Shown piece after piece: positions 57,372-64,000 of a DNA stretch of 64,000 nt. A program made the position numbers and the translations under genes. This stretch comes from Balamuthia mandrillaris (taxonomy: Eukaryota), in contig JAVKOQ020000001.1 of NCBI GenBank assembly GCA_031835245.2, positions 558,001-622,000 of the forward strand, in the 5' to 3' direction. Under the pieces are notes generated by a model. The model was not told where the DNA came from. It saw nothing but the letters and a program-made list of their open reading frames with translations, and made no database searches. How positions within the stretch are numbered: position 1 is the stretch's first letter; each line of letters begins with the position of its first letter.

Positions 57372-57501
57372 AACCAATTTTTTTGTATATTTCTGTTGTA
57401 ACTCTAAAACGAACTTGTTTTTTTAAATCGACATACGGTCAACAGGAGAAGAAGAAGAAGAAGAAGAAGAAGAAGAAGAAGAAGAACAAGAAGAAGAAGC
57501 A

Positions 57502-57532
<31 letters not shown>

Positions 57533-57558
57533 AAGAAATGGAGATGATACAAACAGGT

Positions 57559-59989
57559 TTACTTTTGATCCTGCATCGGGAAATAACGAGAAGCTAAAGC
57601 ATCCAACATAGCCCTCCTGCCCTTCCGCAGCTTCTTTGCAAAATGCAACGATCGATGCGTGGCCAGCTCTGCACTGATCACCTTGCTGAAGAGATAGTCA
57701 CGAAAGAGTTCTCGGTCGTTTACCTTGTGGAACAATGGCGGTTTAGGAAGAGGTCCGAACGAACAAACTCCTTCCTTCGAGCATACAGAGATGCGATAGT
57801 GGGTATGTTGTTGCTGTTGAGAAGAAGACAAAGAGGGGCCATTGGATGCTCCCGACTCAGCTCGCTGGAAAGAGACATATTTCAAGTCACGAGAAGGAAG
57901 AGATGCCACATTAAGAGGAAGAGGGGGCGGCGGAGGAGCTGGAGGGCCTCCTTCCCCGGTTCCATCAGATGCGCCACGAGGAGAGGTGGATGAAAGAGTA
58001 ACAGGACGAGTGCGAGGAGAAGGTCGAGACTTGAACGAAGTTTTAGTCTCACTCGCTTTCTTCAGCTGAAGTTCTAATTGTAGATTTGTTTGCAGACTGG
58101 CAGCTTCCAACGGAGTCGGGTTCACGCAACGAACGGTGATAATGTTATGAATGAACTGGGAGGTGATGGTTGTAGGAGAGAATGTCACAGCAGGACCATC
58201 CAAGAACACAATGATGTTGCAGTTGTTGCCCAAATGGCGCTTCCTTTCTATCTGTTGTTGGTCTCCCTCCGTAAAAGGAAGCAACGTGCTCACATGCCAC
58301 ATAACCTCGTTGTCCTTCCAACGGGCGTATCTCGAGTACAAGCCAGTGCTATTCTGTTTCACATCCAGCCCACCAGAGTATGCGGTCCATCCTTGTAACT
58401 GTACTTGTTCCCCAAGAATGGACAAGAACTCGTGCCACTCGGGACTGCCATCCTCATCCGTGTTCCTCCACATTTCCTCTTCCAATAATTGGCCTTCCTT
58501 CGCCAACAAGACGCCAAATTTGTATTTGTTGGGTCGTTCTTTAAGCTCCATTTCTAAGAGATCTTTGCAAAGTCCATCAGTGGGAGAGCTGTATACTTCT
58601 CGAGTGATGCCAGTGGCGACCAACAACGGGTTAATGGTTGCCAATAGTTTGATGGCTGGTATGTGCCAACCGAGGAAGGATGGCATCTTTCTAGCAGGTA
58701 TTAAGGCTCTTTGGCAACCCTATAAATTTTAATATTACACATCGCATGAGCTTCATGCTTCATCTTTTCATTTCACCATAAATAAAAACAGAAGTACAAA
58801 TAAAAAAGCAATGAGGGCGTACATCTTGAGTTTGAAGCAATATTCGAATAAAACCAGCGTCCTTATCGGATGAAGTGCTCGACTCCCTCCGGAATGATAA
58901 AACATACGTTCCTAAAGGAGTATCGATGCCAATAAAGTTACGATGTTCTACAATAAGAACCTATTGATTAGTGCAACGTTTTACAACTCCACTCTGTCGA
59001 AGAAAGCGCAAACCTGTGCCATAAAAGTAATCCTGATACCATGACTGTGCCTCGATTGTGGTGAGCAAGGGCTGCATTCGTCCCTCTCGCGCTCTCTCGA
59101 TAGTCCATCCTTCCGCTTCTAAGAAATCACCAACCGCTGTGCGCTTTGTTACCCGCTCTCCCATTGCAATCGACTTCCTCCGCTCAAAATTCATCAGATC
59201 GTGAGGTGAAGCGCTCCATCTTTGTGCTATGAGCGAAATTGCGGATGAGAATAATTATTGGTTGCAACTAAAAGAGGAGGAGCGACGAACCATCTTTGTT
59301 CACAGTTGCTCTTCTGCCAGTCTCTTCTTTAATCACCCCTCCATCAACCTCTGTCAATGTATCGTAGCTCTTGGCAGTGTCAGGCCTGGGCGGCACTGGC
59401 TTGTTAGGTCTGCTCATCCCGCGAGAGGTTCGTATCTGACTTTTACTGCTAGTACTGATATCTGATGCAGTTGAAGCATTGTAAAAGGAGGAATCGGCGG
59501 TTGTCGTAGTAGAGGCATGCGAAGGGAGTGTCGGTGTAGTTGGAGGTTGTTGTTCGTTCGGAGTACTAGACAGAGGTAAAGGATGAAGCCTACTATTAGG
59601 AATGGGAACCACGAGTTGAGCGGAAGAGCTTTCATCTTCGCTCTGTTGGTCTTGGCTCTCGATAGAATCAAGTTTGGGGCCTTGTTCGTGAGGGGAAGGT
59701 ACTGCGAGGCTGGTGTTTGCCGCACCAGCTGCTTGTTGTGATTGATACTGTGGTTGTTGATTTGCTGAGTTGACGGAAGAGGAACTTACTCTGGCAGCTC
59801 TGGCTTGTCCCAAAAGAGAGGTAGGACCTATGTTGGATTGGCGAAAAGTTTAATAATTTCGAACAATAAATAAAACACAAAGCCATGTCAACCTACCTGT
59901 CTCCGGTCGAAACGATAACAGTTGAATATATTGTCGTAAGCTCCGCACCTTGCGAGAAGATAAGAAAATAAGGTCAAGATGACGCGAAT

Positions 59990-60052
<63 letters not shown>

Positions 60053-60545
60053 AAGGGGAGCAAAAAAACGGAAGTGGACAAGCGCCACATACCTGTTTTT
60101 CCAAATCGCTAATGTAAAATCGTAAAGTTTCGTTGTTTTGGTTCTCCTGTTGGTAAAACAGTTGCAACTCTTCCACTTGTTGCAGAAGAAACTGATTTTC
60201 CTCCTCTAAACTCTTGTGGTTCGCAGCTACTATCAGGGATCCGTTTTTGTGTTGCGAAATTTCGGAAGGAGTTGCTGAAGGGGAAGAGGAGAGGTGCTCG
60301 TTTAGCGTTGGGAAGCTCGTAGAGACTCCAGGAGGATTGGAAGGATGATACATCTCCGCGAGTTCATGGAAATTGAGAGGGTTGCTTCCCAAGGTCACTT
60401 GGTTGGTGGTCAAGCTTTTGTGTCGCGATTTCCATTCCTTGGAAGAAACGGGCTCTTTGGAATGGCTCCATCCTTCCGGAACCTCTTTCTTCAATGTTCC
60501 CTTCTTCAATCCTTTCTTCACTCGCTTTTCCCTATTCATTATCAT
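57559..60545 (-). CDS. Rap/Ran-GAP domain protein
   Basis: KYKFGVLLAKEGQ; EFLSILG; GGLDVKQNSTG; EVMWHVSTLLP; QQIERKRHLGN. Confidence 0.9.
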
Positions 60546-60866
60546 CTATGTCAACTCTTTTTGTGTTCTGTTGGCTGCACTTGCTGGACCATGCCTTTTC
60601 TTTTCACCTTCTTCTTGCCTTGAGAGCAAGGGTTCAGGTCAAGATATCTTGGTTTTTTTTTTTCCTGGTGCCCCTTTTGTTTTTTCGTTAGGCCTTGAGC
60701 ATTTTTGTTCTGTGTCTGTTCGACTAATGTACGTCTCACATAAATGGTAAGCAAGCGAGATGTTCTCTCTAAAATGGCAAAGCTAAGCTTTGAATTCTCA
60801 TTGGTTCAAACAAACAAACAAATGCACAATTAAAAAAAAAGCACTGAAGAAAGCGGAACGAACTTT

Positions 60867-62140
60867 TTAGTTTCTATGCTTCGCTCTTTCCACCGGAAGT
60901 AAGGTATTGACATAGCTATAGCGAGAGAAGAGGACAAAGAGGCGGCGAAACCAAACGTATTGGCTATTGTGGCAGATCATGGCCCTATGCGTAGGAAGAA
61001 AGAAGGAGGTGGAGGAGTAAAAGTGAATGGCGTTCCTTTGTTGAACGGATTCCACTATTCCTGAATAGAGGACGTCCACCAGACCCGTATACTTTCGCAG
61101 TAAAGAGGTGGTCGTCAGCTTGAAGACTTGGCATTGTGCTCCTGATGAAAGTATGTCTCTGCATCCACAAAATTGAAAAAAAAAAAGAACATGATAATTG
61201 TAATTTGTGGTGATGGAGTTTAAAAGAATAAAATAGAAAGAAGAAACATACCGGACGCCATTATAGACAGCTATATGGTTGGGATGCGAGGACACACCGA
61301 ACTCATCAAAGGTAATAACCTGCATTCAAAATGTTGGTTCGCAGAACCAATCAAGAGAAGCGAATAAAGAAAGAAAAGAAGAAAGTAGAACAAAACAGAA
61401 GAACAACGATGAAAGAGACGAACAGAGAAAGAAAAAAATGATGAGAAGAAAGTTACGCTGTCAATGCGGTGAGCAGAAACAAATTGGGAGACAATCTTAG
61501 CAATCAGCTTGGTGTCCCATTCGTTCTCTGGTCCGTCTTTCAACCGCTCATGGTCCTCCACCACCACACGATCGGCAGCAATACCCAACGAGCGACAGCT
61601 AGCGATGAGCTCCTTTGTCCTTTGTTTACCTGAACTCTTTCCATAGTCCCCTACGCAAGAAAAAAAAAGAGAAAGAGAGAGAGAGAGAGAGAGAGCAAAT
61701 AAGATGGAAGAACGACAAAAGGAGAGAAAGAAGCAAGGAAAGAGAAACAAACCGTTGGAGAGACAAAGGACATAGAGTTCTCGTTTCATTTGTTGGAGGG
61801 AGAGGACAGTAGGGACAAAAAACATGGCCTCATCGTCCGGATGAGCAATCACCAGCGCCACTCTGCGAGTTCTGTTTGTTCCTTCCGTTTGAGGAGAAGA
61901 AGAGGGGGATGTCGCTGGCCGCCGAAACCAAAACGCCAGAGCAAAGGCCACCAAGAGATTGAGTAGCAACAGCGCCGTCTTGGTCCAGGACAAAGCCGTC
62001 TGCACCCACTCCTCCCAATCCTGTCCATGTTGGTATTCCTCTTCTGCCGCAAGTTCTTCCCAATGCAGCCGCCTTCCCACCAGCAGCTCCTCCACCCCTT
62101 GTTGTAATTCGGCCAGCAAGGCGCGTTCTCTGTCTTCCAT
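60867..62140 (-). CDS. PIGL: GlcNAc-PI de-N-acetylase
   Basis: TM anchor; VIAHPDDEAMFFVPT; LCLSNG; ITFDEFGVSSHPNH; HNSQYVWFRRLF. Confidence 0.95.
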
Positions 62141-62351
62141 CTTTCTTCTTTTCTAAAATATTTTTTTCTTGGAAATATTTTGGGGGAGATACATGACATC
62201 AGCGTTATTACGTCACAGCCTGTGACGTCACAGTCCGGACGGTGACGTGGCTCCCGTATGACCCGACGTTAAATTTATCTAAAAAAGGGCAAAGGAAATC
62301 AACCTTAAAAAACATTTGTTTTTTGTTTGGGGGGTGGGACGAGCAAAAGAC

Positions 62352-64000
62352 ATGAGTGACAACATGATAGAGGGCCTGCCTGTGGGAATGGAAAGTAACG
62401 CGTCTGCTGCTGCTGCTCTTGCGGGTGCTGCTGGTGTGGATGGCAAGGAGGATGGCTCTGATCCCAGCGTGTCGAATGCTGGAAACGGTACCACGACCAG
62501 GGCCACTCTCGACAACGCCAAGGAAGACGCCGAAATGGATACCCACCACAGCGCCGCTCAGCCCAGTTCAGAGGATGAACGAGCTTCTTCAGCTCCGTCT
62601 ACTGTTTCTTCCTCTTCTTCTATCAATGCTTCCTCTTATGCCTCTTTCATAGATAACTACGCGACGGCAGCACTGGGAAAGCTCTTTGCCCGGACCGCCC
62701 AACAAGAGGGCGACTACCAGGGAGACACCAACAATTGGAAACAACGCCACGGGCAAGGAACCTTGCACTACCGCAATGGCGACATCTATGAAGGACAGTG
62801 GAAGGTTTGTGTTAAAACCATTATATTTTGTTCCTTTTGTTTACTTGGTGTTGTTTTTGTAGGATGACAAACGAGAAGGTCCGGGAAAGCTGGCTTATGC
62901 TAATGGAGACGTCTATGAGGGCCAATTCGCAGGCAACAAGCGACAAGGACTGGGCAGGCTCACTTATGCTAACGGCGATGTGTTTGAGGGAGAGTTTTGG
63001 GATGACAAGAGGAATGGGCAAGGCACCCTCACCTCCAGCCAGGGAGAGGTGTTTAAGGGTCTTTACGTGGATGATAAGGCTGCCAATGATGTGGCTCTCT
63101 TGCGGCTTCCCAATGGAGATAGCTATTTGGGCACCTGGCGAAGTATGAACGCCAAGCTCCTCTCCTTTCTTTCTCCTCTGTTTTCTTTTCTTGCTCTCTT
63201 GACCTCTCTTCTAATATATGTGGTCATTTAGACGGACGTAAACACGGCTCTGGACGTTATGAATGGGCCAATGGCGAGAGCTACGACGGACACTGGGTAG
63301 CTGACAAGCGGGAAGGTCGAGGAAAGTTCATCTACGACAATGGCAACATATACACAGGCACTCTCTCTCTCTCTCTCTCTCATAATTACACTCTTGTTGC
63401 TCTTATTTATTTTATGTTCATCTTCAAAGGGTTATGGTCAAATGATCGTAGAGCACCTGGACAAGGACGAATGGAGTATGCCAACGGAGAGATATATGAC
63501 GGCACGTGGGACGGCGCGCAGCGTCCCCACGGCTGGGGGGAACGCACCTACCTTTGTGGCAACAGATACGAAGGTCCCTGGGTATGCGGTAAGCGCTCCA
63601 CCGAGGGCAGCGACCAACGTGGCAAATGCACTTATCATGATGGAAGCGTGTATGCTAGCGTGTTTGAGCTCCTTACCTGATTTTAGTTGTTCTGTTGCTT
63701 TTTAATGCTGTTTGTTCTTATTCTTCTCTCTTATAATATAACGGACACAAATAGGTATGTGGGTGATTGGAAAGATGACAAACGTGAGGGCCACGGAACT
63801 ATCCATTACCCCAATGGAGAGACCTTTGAGTGGGACTGGAAGCACGATGAACCTATAGATGGCGCCGGTGTATGGACTAACGCCAAAGGAGACTGTTACA
63901 AAGGCTTCTTTGTGGACAAGAAGCGAGAGGGACAGGGCTCTATCGTCTTTGCTGGTGAAGGTCCCACCTTTGAGGGTCTGTGGAAAGCAGGCAAACCTGA
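62352..64000 (+). CDS. MORN-repeat protein (3'-truncated by window)
   Basis: Repeated Y-x-G-x-W/F..R-x-G-x-G units (RHGQGTLHYRNGDIYEGQW etc.). Confidence 0.93.

Overview
Gene-dense, intron-rich eukaryotic nuclear DNA. Short GT-AG introns carry sense-strand (CT)n/(CTT)n microsatellites; this style and the gene content suggest a free-living amoebozoan such as Balamuthia (inference only). About 30 genes are supported: PDI, CWF19L1, TruB, a ThrC-ThrB fusion, ARP8, CH-IQ-DH-PH RhoGEF, BHMT, S1/zinc-knuckle protein, RhoGAP, mitochondrial carrier, Yae1-like, GTP cyclohydrolase I, DnaJ, RluA-type synthase, CAD, TCTP, DoxX, RapGAP, PIG-L and a MORN protein. The most unusual part is 9.4-12.6 kb. It holds a spliced gene joining SIM-like and chromo/chromo-shadow-like segments to an I-PpoI-type His-Cys box nuclease domain. 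Just upstream is a ~1 kb composite insert bounded by an 11-bp direct repeat, carrying a fumarylacetoacetase fragment with its intron and the 3' end of a Fanzor2/TnpB gene plus a structured omegaRNA-like tail. Other candidates: an F-box/pseudo-Rho/ZZ protein, two paralogous secreted micro-proteins and a structured Pol III-like RNA near 44.4-44.6 kb. Exon boundaries were read by eye, no searches were run, and family calls rest on recognised motifs.
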